NCBI RefSeq assembly: GCF_023055435.1
Contig: NW_025964112.1
Coordinates: 23,498,001-23,562,000, forward strand
Direction: 5' to 3'
DNA length: 64,000 bases
DNA from: Haliotis rufescens
Lineage: Eukaryota
Shown: positions 37,813-51,200 of the stretch, piece by piece
Numbering within the stretch: position 1 is the first letter of the stretch
Layout: every line of letters starts with the position of its first letter
Program-made: the position numbers and the translations under genes
Notes under the pieces: generated by a model
The model's input: the letters and a program-made list of their open reading frames with translations, nothing else
Databases searched by the model: none
What the model was told of the DNA's origin: nothing

Positions 37813-40161
37813 TGAGTGAGTGAGTGAGTGCGTGAGTGAGTGCGTACGTGCGTCTGTTGGGCTAGGGATAGAGCTGATAACTTTGTAACAGATGGACGTA
37901 AATGGTTAAACAAAATATGTATGTATGTGTCAAATTCATAGCTATAAATTCAGTAGGTGTAGGTGTTTGTCATTACACATATATCACCTGTTAAGTAATA
38001 TTCCGACATACCGTGATATAACTCAAATACTGTTCACATCGGCGTTACAGCCAGCTCACGTAGTCAGAATATGTCACAGCTGGTGGGAACGTCACACCTA
38101 CGAGCACTGTTGCCGACAGAAGCAGTTACGCTCAATTTGTTCCTCGTAATGAATGTTTTATTCTCTTAAAATGCAATACATCAATTTCTGTGTACTTATA
38201 TTGATATCGCGATTCAATCAGTCAATGCAAGGGCGCCAGCTGTTTAGTATGTGGTGATATCAATCACATACACGCACGTATAGAGCCAGCAGAACAGTAA
38301 TTAAGAAATCTATGTAAATGTATTTACTGTAACACAATGAAATCGCATAATCAATTTTAACTCGAAATCAGAAAAGATGTGTTTTTGTGAAGTCCACATC
38401 GAATGACATTGGAACCCGTACGACGACAGTGTTGGGTTGGATTATCTCATGCCTAAATACGCAGAACAAGATTTAATTTCTGTGGCCATTATCCAAATAT
38501 TACAAAATAAAATAGAATATGCGTTTTCAAAATATATATCTTGGTCACGTTTAAGAGAGGCTGTTGGGCACTGCTTGCATGTGGTTAGTAGTTAGTGTAT
38601 TTTTATATTAACGGTATAACCAAGAGTACATAATCACTTAAAGTTATTTTCAAATGTACATTTATTACCTTGATGTGCACCGACGTTATCATATTACGAC
38701 GCCTTTTCATATTATTTCGGTGTGGCAATGATAATGTTCACGTTTTAATGTTTTATGCACTGATCTCATGTTTCAGCATACGAAAATGGACTTCGACTGG
38801 AATTGTAAATTCGAGGTTGAAGTTACTTTGTGTGCAACAGGGAGTCGTTAACGCTATATAATTGTCAATATCCCTCACAATTTAACTATGTGTATACATC
38901 GAACAGTGTGTATGTCGTATACTAGTACCTGATTATACATAAACAGGTCAGTGAGTACAACTAACATTAGACAGATGACTAAACCGCAAACAGAAATCCT
39001 CGGGTGAACCTCAGTTCAACTTGTTAACGCCTAAATCTAAAAATACCCACCTCCATTGCTAAAGAAATAAGAAACATTTTATGAGTTATGCTCTTGAAAC
39101 GACCCCTACCCTCGGGAGCTCCCACTTGTCATGGAAACGCAAAAAAATGAATAAAAACGTCCCAAGTGCAGTGTATCTATGCCTGATGTTGCATGAAGAA
39201 ATATTGCATGATGTATGAGTTATGCTCCTGAACGAAACGTGACGGACGGACCACGTTACTTCATTTGATCGGGGAATAGTGAAAAACATTAAAGTAAATA
39301 TTTGTGTACATTTATGTATTTTGTTGCAAAAATGAAGTTCAGTTCATACACCCAAACAGAAACAGCCCTTATTTTTCAGGCAACTAAATTGCATATAAAA
39401 CAACAATTTCAACTCACTTTTTGTCACCCATGTTTCCTGGTCTACACCTGTGTATTTGTCGTCATTCACTTGATACTAAGTTAATGAATTTATTACACGT
39501 ATAATTATGGGTAGTACAACGCAGATTACCTGACAAATGCCTATCTTTCCTTATTAATTCCAAGACATCAATGTGGCGATACGCTCTTGTACTATCAATA
39601 AAAAGCGACATATTCGTAATATAGGTCGCGAATTGATCGAGATTTCAGGGATATGATCCGGGTAACCACGCGAAAGAAACAGTAACAAAGGCAAGATCCC
39701 GTCCTGGAGAATAGTCAGAGATCAGACCCTCCTTTAAAGTGGTCGCCGTGAATTAACTGTCTGTCTGTCTGTCTTCTTGTTTTTGTTTTTTGGTACCTCG
39801 AAGAATGTATATACAAACACACATTCATTTGGTGTATGTTGTTACGAGGTGCTGCCCAGATTGACACGCAGTGGTTTCGGAAATCGGTACGTCAGAATAT
39901 AAGTGTGAAATCGGTAAACGACCACTCAAGATCATTCAATAATCAACAAATTATATTCCAGCACAGCTTTAGATTTACAATAACAACGGCAATATAATGG
40001 CTGAAGTAAGTGGCGGCAGTAATACGTTACAAACCCAAGAATGAATGTTAGTGCACTGACGAATGTCCAGAATTTTGTTCTTGTTGAGTGTCTTGAAACA
40101 GACAAGAATTCGGTGTTTCCAAATTTGTATCCAAACCGAGCTTGGCAAATAAGACACGTTA

Positions 40162-40532
40162 GGGCCCGTTTGCACAAAAAACCCTTTTCCGAGGACACTA
40201 TTTGCAGCGCAGGATGTTAAGGGTGCCCTTTTAAAAATTACACTGGTTTCACAAAGCACCCTTAGTGCCATCACAAGGATAAGATTTTCTACGACCGCCC
40301 TTTGCACTAAGGTCAAGCTCTTTGGCACAATGGAGATGCGTATTCCCCTGAGTTTCCTAACTGGAGTAGTCTCCCTTCCCACAAGGGCCCGCGCACGTTC
40401 TCCGCGCACTCAGTTGATTTACGATGATCTTAGCCTAAGGGGGCTTTGTGAAAGAGTTTGGCGCACTTAGTATAGCACTGAGGGCAAAGTTACGATCTTC
40501 TTAGTCAAAGTGGGCTCTGTGCAAGCGCACCC
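40162..40532. mobile_element. MITE, possibly PIF/Harbinger-type
   Basis: Imperfect TIRs gggcccgtttgcacaaa / tctgtgcaagcgcaccc. Confidence 0.45.
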
Positions 40533-40915
40533 TGGTCAATAAAGGCCTCACAACGCCCTCTTCGCCGCTCTGATATAGGAACAGCCGCCTTGTGGAAACT
40601 ACCAAATTCCCATCCCGAAATGTCTTGAACCATCACGCCTGCCATGTTCACAATAACTCCAAATTACACTCGCTGCGGCAGACAACCCTCGACCTTTTAC
40701 TATCACTTCAATCTTTTAATTTGCTGCCACCGTTAATTGCTACAGATATATTTGAAAAAGCCTCTACTGCTCGATAACAATGTGTTCCTCAAAACAAGAG
40801 ATAATATGAGCGTTTATCATATCATCCAGAATGATGTGATCTGATTGGTCAACGTGATCTTGATAAAATCCTGTGTAACCTGCCTTGGAGGGTAATACAT
40901 TTCTCAGCCGGGGAG

Positions 40916-41110
40916 GGGGCACGGGTGGCCCAGTCGTCAAAGGCGCCGCGATTCGTTGTGTAGTTTTGTGTCCCTTGGGCACGCCAGAAACCTATGATTG
41001 TGGGTTCGAATCCCGGTTCGCCCCGATTATGTTTCTAGGTTTGTCAGCACCATACCCGAGCTCGTGGGTTTCACCGAAATGGTAAACGTCTGAGACCTGC
41101 TCACTCACTC
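40916..41110 (+). mobile_element. SINE family B copy with an internal 3' deletion
   Basis: Homology to 17289; near-TSD ctcagc(c/g)gggga. Confidence 0.85.
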
Positions 41111-41608
41111 AGCGGGGGAATATATCTCTTATATCCCGCGACGAGCACTAAAGGCTGCACGTGCATTTCAGAGAGACAGAATAAATCCTCAAAACCCCGC
41201 TTCAAAGCCAAAAGCCGCACGCTTTTTCCGAGCCAATGAATGTCACGTGACATATCGCAAGCTAACCTCACCTCAATCGAGCAGCTGTTTTCTATCAAGT
41301 TTGAATTTATTTGAATTATTTTACAATGGCATATTAAAACATGTAGATAAGATAAATACGTCGTAGCAGGATCACTCCGGGTACATGGGGTTTTATGCTT
41401 TTTTCCATAAAACCTAACGCGGGACACATAAAACCCCATATACCCCTCGTGATGTTGCTACAACTTATAATGTATGCCTGGTCACAACAAATACATTTTT
41501 AATAATATCATCACAAGATGAGCAATGCCTGTTAAGAACAACCTCAGTATATCAAGCACAGTGACTATGTGTCGAAATACATTTACTTCACGTATACTTC
41601 AAGTACAT

Positions 41609-42410
41609 CAGAGCAGTGCAAACCCCTTTCTGTAGCACTACTGAACAATGAGGCATGTGGCCATAACTACCAGAGCAGTCTCAGTGCAAACCCCTTTCTG
41701 TAGCATTTCTGGGCATTGAGGCATGTGTCCACAACTACCAGAGCAGTCTCAGTGCAAACCCCTTTCTGTAGCACTACTGAACATTGAGGCATGTGTCCAT
41801 AACTACCAGAGCAGTCTCAGTGCAAACCCCTTTCTGTAGCATTACTGAACATTGAGGCATGTGTCCATAACTACCAGAGCAGTCTCAGTGCAAACCCCTT
41901 TCTGTAGCACTACTGAACATTGAGGCATGTGTCCATAGCTACCAGAGCAGTCTCAGTGCAAACCCCTTTCTGTAGCACTACTGGGCATTGAGGCATGTGT
42001 CCACAACTACCAGAGCAGTCTCAGTGCAAACCCCTTTTTGTAGCATTACTGGGCATTGAGGCATGTGTCCACAACTACCAGAGCAGTCTCAGTGCAAACC
42101 CCTTTCTGTAGCACTACTGGGCATTGAGGCATGTGTCCACAACTACCAGAGCAGTCTCAGTGCAAACCCCTTTCTGTAGCACTACTGGGCATTGAGGCAT
42201 GTGTCCACAACTACCAGAGCAGTCTCAGTGCAAACCCCTTTCTGTAGCACTACTGGGCATTGAGGCATGTGTCCACAACTACCAGAGCAGTCTCAGTGCA
42301 AACCCCTTTCTGTAGCACTACTGGGCATTGAGGCATGTGTCCACAACTACCAGAGCAGTCTCAGTGCAAACCCCTTTCTGTAGCACTACTCGGCATTTAG
42401 ACATATAACC
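41609..42410. repeat. 68-bp minisatellite, about 11-12 copies
   Basis: Unit cagagcagtctcagtgcaaacccctttctgtagcactactgggcattgaggcatgtgtccacaactac. Confidence 0.96.
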
Positions 42411-42563
42411 ATAGCCACTAAACCAGTATTATTGACACCTTTTAGTATTTAGACGTTAATAATACACACATGTACTCTGAAAAAGTAGGGGACCATGAAC
42501 TATAAATTTAAGTATTAGAACAAAGAAAAGTGTTTGCGACAAACATCCTATATCTGAACGCTT

Positions 42564-43446
42564 GTATGGCAAACCGTTTTCACATTTATTACGGCATTAC
42601 AGATATCTTCAATTGTTTTAAAGATATCGGTATTTTATTTAAAGATATCAATACTGTTTTTAAGATATCAAAAAATAATTAAAGATATCTTAAATTCATT
42701 CCTGATATCCATAATACAATTACTGATATCTTAAAATGTTACGGTGATATCAACAAATTAGTTTGTGATATCTCTAAATGTATTTGAGATATCATTAAAC
42801 AATCACATTCTAGTGTACATAAATCTATTAGAAATAAATTCAAGATATCTTAAATTCAATTCAAGATATCTTGAAATAAGTTATACATATCCACAAATGC
42901 ATTACAGATATCTTTAATTCAATTAGAGATATCTTTAATTCAATTAGAGATATCTTTAATTCTGACCGTTACTGATATCAAAAATCAAATTAAAGATATT
43001 ATTTATAATTTTGATGATATCTTTATATCTATTATTGATATCAGTAATCTAATTTAAGTAACATTGTTAATGTAACATCTTTAATACTGGCAACAATTAA
43101 ATATATCAATAATTAATTATTGATATCTGTGTTTGGTTTCAAGATATCAGGAATTGAATTATTGCCATCATAACGAAACATGACATTTTGATGTCTTTAG
43201 TCATATTTTGATATCAATAATCGAATTTAAGATATCTGCAATTCTTTTCAAGATATCAGTAATACGCTTCGCCATATCCTTAATTCATTTCGTGATATCT
43301 TAAATTTTATTGCAGGTATCTACAATTATCGGCATTTAAGATATCTTCAATTCCGTTCAAGATATCTTCAATGCAATTGAAGATATCTTTAAAACAATTG
43401 AAGATATCTGTAATTCCGTAATAAATGTGAAAACGGCTTGCCATAC
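42564..43446. mobile_element. AT-rich MITE with ~60-bp TIRs and many internal GATATC repeats
   Basis: gtatggcaaaccgttttcacatttattacgg... / ...ccgtaataaatgtgaaaacggcttgccatac, flanked by gctt on both sides. Confidence 0.9.
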
Positions 43447-43582
43447 GCTTATTGCTATGAGTTACGGGTCAGGCGATAAGATAGTGTTTATTTACTGTGG
43501 AAATGTAAGTCAAACATCGATTTGTCTCTTCAGATTCATGCTTTAGATGTGAAGTTGCTGATATTGTATTACTCGTTTTCAG

Positions 43583-43632
43583 GGGAGATTATGAATACTA
43601 CACAGGTCTTACACAACGAACATCCGATCCAA
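43583..43632 (+). CDS. DHFR: DHFR-like exon 2
   Basis: 50 nt, ttttcag|..|gtaagt. GDYEYYTGLT contains the catalytic acidic residue. Confidence 0.88.
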
Positions 43633-44185
43633 GTAAGTTGATTCTGAAAGAATATGCTGCTAAGAGCCGAACTTGTGGTCTATGTACGTTCAGAATGAAT
43701 GTGTAGAATGGTGTTGGTTATGTCCTTGCCTGTGTCTGCTAATTTGTCCCAGCATTCGGATTTTAATGGGTTTATTTTATTTTATGGCCTTTTCACCAAG
43801 TATACATGATTATCTAAACGATCGATGGTTCTGATTTCTTGGAAATAATACAAATATCGCTACACTGGCATAGTGATAACTGTGTGATATAAGTAGATTC
43901 ACAGAATAAAGTGGGAAAAGAGTCCATCTTCGCAAAGAATAACACGTGACTAATCACAAATATACCAGAAACTAGTGTATTTGAGAGGTACATCATTCCT
44001 GAGCGATAGACAGCCAGAGATTGCGATCTGCTTCTTCACAAAACGATGACGTTACCACAAATGCTTGCAGTAGTGTTATCGTAAATATCAACGCAGCAAT
44101 CTAAGAAGAATTTATTATGTAGACGTACAATGCAACTATTATCTTGCACCTACACTGTATATTTATGTTTTATTCAGAAAGTTCA

Positions 44186-44305
44186 GGGGCGGAAGGTAGC
44201 CTTGTGGTTAAAGCTTTTGCTCGTTACGCCCAATACCCGTGATATTGCTGGAATATTGCTGATATCGGCGTAAAACCATACTCACTCACTCACTAACTCA
44301 CTCAC
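44186..44305 (+). mobile_element. SINE family A copy (internally deleted) abutting the exon 3 acceptor
   Basis: Head ggtagccttgtggttaaagc, tail gctggaatattgct..ggcgtaaaa, then (ACTC)n. Confidence 0.85.
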
Positions 44306-44323
44306 GTTACTTGTTCCCTGCAG

Positions 44324-44429
44324 GTATGAAGGTGGTTCAAATCAAAGGAAGAAGGACATGGATGTTGACCGGGGAGAAGGAGAAGGATGCCGCATCTGTC
44401 ATCAACGTTATCATCAGTTCTACTCTAAG
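44324..44429 (+). CDS. DHFR: DHFR-like exon 3
   Basis: 106 nt; KVVQIKGRRTW...INVIISSTL (G-R/K-R/K-T-W and N-x-I/V-I/L-S motifs). Confidence 0.9.
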
Positions 44430-44778
44430 GTGTACCCGTTGTGCCATGTGCTATGTATTCTACATTGGTGTCTATGCGTTGTCTGTATGCAGAGATCGTA
44501 CCGTCTACATGCATACATCGACAGGACACGTTTATCCAGCAACTATGAAAGTGAGAGTGTTTGTGTCGCGATGTGATTCTGTCTCATGTCATGACAACTG
44601 TATGTTTTGCATGGGTGTTCTCACACTGGGAAATATGTATTATATCCTATAGCTATCTGTTGTATGTACGCTAGAGTAAACTGTGTGCACACCGACACTG
44701 ACAGGGTGTCCTTGTCATGTTTGACATGTACCATAGTCAGATGAACCGACGTACATGTGCTGTACTCTCTTTCGATAG

Positions 44779-44908
44779 GGAGGGTTCGCATAGGAGTCTT
44801 CACAAAGTTGTGACGTCATTTGATGAAGCTGTACATTATGCCGTTTCTGGACCCCGCCGAGGTGAGATCGAGGCAATCTGGGTGATGGGAGGCACCCACG
44901 TGTATGAG
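44779..44908 (+). CDS. DHFR: DHFR-like exon 4
   Basis: SFDEA...IWVMGGTHVYE; boundaries tag| and |gtaggt. Confidence 0.92.
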
Positions 44909-45045
44909 GTAGGTACGCTGAGATACGGGTGTATCCGCAGATTATTTCTACACAAACATTTCTAAATGTTAGGATTCTGGGACATGTGTGCTCCATGACC
45001 TGGACGACTTCATGTCATGAGCTACATATTGTTTTATATTCCTTA

Positions 45046-47853
45046 CTACAGGCTGCGCCCATATAGCTGAAATATTGCTGACTGCAGACTATTGGCATCT
45101 AGTTGACATGTTGCTGACGACTGGACTCTCTCATCTAGTTGAAATATTGCTGACTACAGACTACTGACATCTAGTTCACATTTTACTGATTATAGACTAT
45201 TGTAACCTACTTGAGATATTGCTGACTACAGGCCGCTGTCATCACTCTGACATATTGCTGATTACAGACTATTGTCATCTCGTTGACATATTCCCGACTA
45301 CTGGCCGCTGTCATCTAGTTGGCATATTCCTGACTACAGGCCGCTGTCATCTAGTTGACATATTCCTGACTACAGGCCGCTGTCATCTCGTTGACATATT
45401 CCTGACTACAGGCCGCTGTCATCTAGTTGACATATTTCTGACTACAGGCTGCTGTCATCTAGTTGACATATTGCCGACTACAGGCTGCTGTCATCTAGTT
45501 GACATATTCCCGACTACAGGCCGCTGTCATCTAGTTGACATATTCCTGACTACAGGCTGCTGTCATCTAGTTGACATATTGCCGACTACAGGCTGCTGTC
45601 ATATAGTTGACATATTGCCGACTACAGGCTGCTGTCATATAGTTGACATATTGCTGACTACAGGCTGCTGTCATCTCGTTGACATATTCCCGACTGCTGG
45701 CCGCTGTCATCTAGTTGACATATTGCTGACTACAGGCTGCTGTCATCTAGTTGACATATTCCTGACTACAGGCCGCTGTCATCTAATTGACATATTGCTG
45801 ACTACAGGCCGCTGTCATCTTGTTGACATATTGCTGACTACAGGCCGCAGTCATCTTGTTGACATATTGCTGACTACAGGCTGCTGTCATCTCGTTCACA
45901 TATTTCTGACTACAGGCTGCTGTCATCTAGTTGACATATTGCTGACTACAGGCCGCTGTCATCTTGTTGACATATTGCTGACTACAGGCCGCAGTCATCT
46001 TGTTGACATATTGCTGACTACAGGCTGCTGTCATCTCGTTCACATATTTCTGACTACAGGCTGCTGTCATCTAGTTGACATATTGCTGACTACAGACTAC
46101 TGACATCTAGTTCACATTTTACTGATTATAGACTATTGTAACCTACTTGAGATATTGCTGACTACAGGCCGCTGTCATCACTCTGACATATTGCTGATTA
46201 CAGACTATTGTCATCTCGTTGACATATTCCCGACTACTGGCCGCTGTCATCTAGTTGGCATATTCCTGACTACAGGCCGCTGTCATCCAGTTGACATATT
46301 CCTGACTACAGGCCGCTGTCATCTCGTTGACATATTCCTGACTACAGGCCGCTGTCATCTAGTTGACATATTGCCGACTACAGGCTGCTGTCATCTAGTT
46401 GACATATTCCCGACTACAGGCCGCTGTCATCTAGTTGACATATTCCCGACTACAGGCCGCTGTCATCTAGTTGACATATTCCTGACTACAGGCCGCTGTC
46501 ATCTAGTTGGCATATTCCTGACTACAGGCCGCTGTCATCTAGTTGACATATTGCCGACTACAGGCTGCTGTCATCTAGTTGACATATTTCTTACTACAGG
46601 CTGCTGTCATCTAGTTGACATATTGCCGACTACAGGCCACTGTCATCTAGTTGACATATTCCCGACTACAGGCCGCTGTCATCTAGTTGACATATTCCTG
46701 ACTACAGGCTGCTGTCATCTAGTTGACATATTGCCGACTACAGGCTGCTGTCATATAGTTGACATATTGCCGACTACAGGCTGCTGTCATATAGTTGACA
46801 TATTGCTGACTACAGGCTGCTGTCATCTCGTTGACATATTCCCGACTGCTGGCCGCTGTCATCTAGTTGACATATTCCTGACTACAGGCTGCTGTCATCT
46901 AGTTGACATATTCCCGACTACTGGCCGCTGTCATCTAGTTGACATATTCCTGACTACAGGCTGCTGTCATCTAGTTGACATATTCCTGACTACAGGCCGC
47001 TGTCATCTAGTTGACATATTGCTGACTACAGGCCGCTGTCATCTTGTTGACATATTGCTGACTACAGGCCGCAGTCATCTTGTTGACATATTGCTGACTA
47101 CAGGCTGCTGTCATCTTGTTGACATATTTTTGACTACAGGCCGCTGTCATCTAGTTGACATATTACTGATTACAGACTATTGTCATCTACTTGAGATATT
47201 GCTGACTACAGGCTGCTGTCATCTAGTTGACATATTTCTGACTACAGGCTGCTCTCATCTCGTTGACATATTGCTGACTACAGGCCGCTGTCATCTAGTT
47301 GACATATTCCTAACTACAGGCTGCTCTCATCTCGTTGACATATTGCTGACTACAGGCCGCTGTCATCTAGTTGACATATTCCTGACTACAGGCTGCTCTC
47401 ATCTCGGTGACATATTGCTGACTACAGGCTGCTGTCATCTAGTTGACATATTGCTGACTACAGGCCGCTGTCATCTCGTTGACATATTCTTGACTACAGG
47501 CCGCTGTCATCTAGTTGACATATTCCTGACTACAGGCCGCTGTCATCTAGTTGACATATTGCTGACTACAGGCCACTGTCATCTCGTTGACATATTGCTG
47601 ACTACAGGCTGCTGTCATCTAGTTGACATATTCTTGACTACAGGCCGCTGTCATCTAGTTGACATATTCTTGCCTACAGGCCGCTGTCATCTAGTTGACA
47701 TATTCTTGACTACAGGCCGCTGTCATCGCGTTGACATATTGCTGATTATAGGCCGCTGATATATAGTTGACATATTGCTGACTACAGGCCGCTGTCATCG
47801 CGTTGACATATTGCTGATTATAGGCCGCTGATATATAGTTGATATATTGCTGA
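45046..47853. repeat. 36-bp minisatellite in DHFR intron 4, with a 936-bp (26-unit) higher-order duplication
   Basis: Unit gacatattgctgactacaggccgctgtcatctagtt. The same variant run starts at 45219 and 46155. Confidence 0.96.
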
Positions 47854-47990
47854 CCAAAAGAAGCAACAACAATAATGTCTGTTTTATCTTTACCGTTTAT
47901 AATGAAGTCTGCATATGTATAGAGTTTGGTTAATGCAGCGATATTAGGTCCAGACTGCATGGTGTGCTTATCTCAGCCGTTCTTTAACAG

Positions 47991-48100
47991 AATGCCATCA
48001 ATCACCCGATGTGTCAAAGGCTATATTTGACAAGAGTCTTCGGAACCTTTGATGCAGATGTCTTTTTTCCAAAGTTTGAGGAGAAGTTCAAGAAAATCAG
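47991..48100 (+). CDS. DHFR: DHFR-like exon 5
   Basis: RLYLTRVFGTFDADVFFP; boundaries aacag| and |gtaaat. Confidence 0.93.
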
Positions 48101-48207
48101 GTAAATGTGTTTCAAAGGAAAAACGTTTAAGGCTATATAACTCGATACGTACTCACAATACAGATAAAACGGCATCTTTATTACGTCTTTGGTATCACTT
48201 GTTCCAG

Positions 48208-48295
48208 TGACCTGAAGGTGGATGGTGAGCCGAGGGAAGATAATGGTGTCAGGTACCAATTCGAGGTATATGAGCGTCTGAGAGAGATGGTTTAG
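48208..48295 (+). CDS. DHFR: DHFR-like exon 6
   Basis: EDNGVRYQFEVYER..*. The spliced CDS totals 615 nt (204 aa) with no internal stop. Confidence 0.92.
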
Positions 48296-51200
48296 TACCA
48301 CAGGCAGATGAAGACAGGAGCACCATAGATGTCGGATACCCGAACCAGTGCCGACATGACTGGAGCCTACATGGCTGGAGCCTACGTGACTGGAGCCTAC
48401 ATAACTGGAGCCTACATGGCATGGCCTGGGTGGTGCGCTGTTGTACAGTTGTATAGCCATTATTTTCTATGGTTACATACTTTATTGTCATTTCATATTT
48501 AAAACATGTATTTGTCATTTAATGTCAGAAATATCTCCTATTATGACAATGCTCTTGTTTCGAAAAGGGAAATTATGTATTAGCTTTTTGGATGATTGTA
48601 AATATTCTGTATTTGTTTCAAACATTTCTATAGTAATGAAAACCAACACTGTACCAGGCCGATTCCGACATGCTGAGAACACGTGTTATCTGACTATATA
48701 GATAAGAGTTGTTGTAGATCAGACCTTTTGAAATGCAGATTGATTGTTGTTGACTCACTAATTGTTTGATTGTCCATTGTTCTTATTGATACAACTTGAT
48801 GACATAAGAAGATTTTCTTCAGTTGTTAAATCGTTAACTAAGCGGCGTGTCATCAGAACCTCCTTGTCGAAATGTGACGCTCCTGGTGTTTCTCTGTATA
48901 TGCATTACCTGTATACAGCAATATATTATGTTATCAGGGAAATATTGAAACTGTTTAGTCGATATAGCTAATGAAACATTACATGAAGCATATTGATCTT
49001 ATCTTTTAACTGTCAGAACTTATGTTTATTACAGTATGATCAGATCAAACTATTCCTCTCCAAATAACCTCCTTAGGAGTACCCGAATATCCACTAGATT
49101 TTGTAATACGTTAAACAGTAAATATATTAACACACATTCAAATATCTTTGTTGACTTATTTTCAAAGCTATGCAGTCTATAACTGCTCTGTTATTCCAAG
49201 TGTGTTGCTGAGGTGCACATATAAACATAGGCTTATCAACTGTGTAATCTGCCAACTCGTGCTGCATTCTATTATATGTATTATCTTACAGTGTTACATT
49301 TCTGAAAATCATGGCATACAGACACCTTTCCATTAATCTATAGATTAAGGTTGATTTATCACCAGATTAAATAACCAGAGTTTACAATTAATCAGCCATG
49401 TGTATTGACGCCAGTGCATCATCTTCGTGACATATTGTTCGTAAAGGGCACATAGAAAGCGATCAATTTCACGAACACCACTATAATCGATATTCAATGG
49501 TTTACACCCCAGGGGACGTACGATACGTATGAAGGTTTACAAGTGTGGCAATTATATTCTAACATGCACTTGCACCTTCCTGAATAATCTTACTACCGAC
49601 AAAATCCGAGTATAATGTTGCACATATGGATCAATCAGGTCATGTCAGTCTTTACGACGACTGCTGAAGCAGAGCCTAGTGTGTTTTGACGAGACTTCCT
49701 GCGGGAGGTTCAGGGCATCGCTTAGTGTATTCGTGACACTATGGTAAGTACAAGCATCTGGGATACGAAGGAACATAAATACAGGACAGGTAACGCTTGT
49801 TGACCAATGTATGTCCGTACTATTTGTGCTTTATGTTATCACTGAAATGTCATGGCATCGTGTCTGGACCATACTGAGGTCACGTTCTGCAAACGTTTTT
49901 TCAAGATCACAAAGGGATTCTGGTCAAGACGAATAATAAATAACATTCTCTTACATTCCAAGAATCCACGAACTGGATACAGAACTATCTCTACGATTTC
50001 ACCGAGGAGATGCAATTTATACCTGTCATGTGACATGTTTATATGTTGGAGTTATACTAAAGATTATAAAACAACAAGATACACTTATGTTCATGTTTTG
50101 TGTTAGAAATTGACAATAAGACAATTTCATGAATCTCTTGAAATCTCCAGGGCGTTAACGTTATGTGATGACATGGCCCCAACTCGTCAGTCACTCGATG
50201 GTTCACGCAACGTGTGTGTATGTTGTATGCACGTGGCATTGGTCAGACCAGCTTATGACCGACATGCAATACAAATTTAATAAAGCTTTGGACTGTAATG
50301 TTGGCCAGTGACATTTCTCAGAAAAAAATACTGTCGCTGCTATAATCGCTGAAAGGTTATAGGAATGATGCATCAAGATAAGTATTCAGCAGATATACAT
50401 ATTTATTATAGATACTGACGGAAACGAATAAGGGAACAATGACAAATATAGGGAAATAAGCTATACTGTCAGTACAATTGTAATAGCGTCCATAGAAATT
50501 AAACATATGTCAGAATCAAATGCTATGACAGGATACCATTTTACTGTATCTAAAACTAATTGCTCCCTCATTACTCTCCATCAGCATATTAGCAATGGTT
50601 TACTAAATGTATCTGCTAATATAAAATATATTTTACTTGTGAAAAACTAGTTGACGGAGTGAAGCAACTCAGAACGACTTTCTGTATGTTCCCTCAGCCT
50701 CTCCTACACATACATGTAATATGCAGACGTGTTAAGCAGAGGTTGATCAATGATAGCGTACAGCATGTGACAACAGATGGCTCTATCGACATATTTGTTT
50801 TTGTCACAAACTGATTGCTTGAGTATACTTGAAATATCACCTTAGCTCTGTACAGCTGTCACAGCCCGTCTTGCGAGTCGATAAATAAAGTTTGATTGTA
50901 TATTTATTTTACGTAATCTAATCGGTAGCAAAGATGTAGTGAGGAAGATCATCCATGGGTATTTATGGATGTGTTGTTTAATATATTTTATGGATGTATT
51001 TAAATTTTGACTCGTCTGAATATAGTTTACAATTAAATATTCACTTTATCGTACCTATAAGTTTGGAATTAAGGCAATCGTGCTTCCAAGTAATTGTAAA
51101 ACGGGAAAAGGTGGCAGCGGTGTACGTTTCAACGATACGTATGACGGTTGATATTTGTCATTTCACTATCTGGAAGCATAGATATCCTCACACAAGCTGA

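Noticed and set aside
45219-47759. 294- and 534-aa Cys/His repeat ORFs
   Set aside because: 36-bp SINE-derived array lying inside DHFR intron 4.
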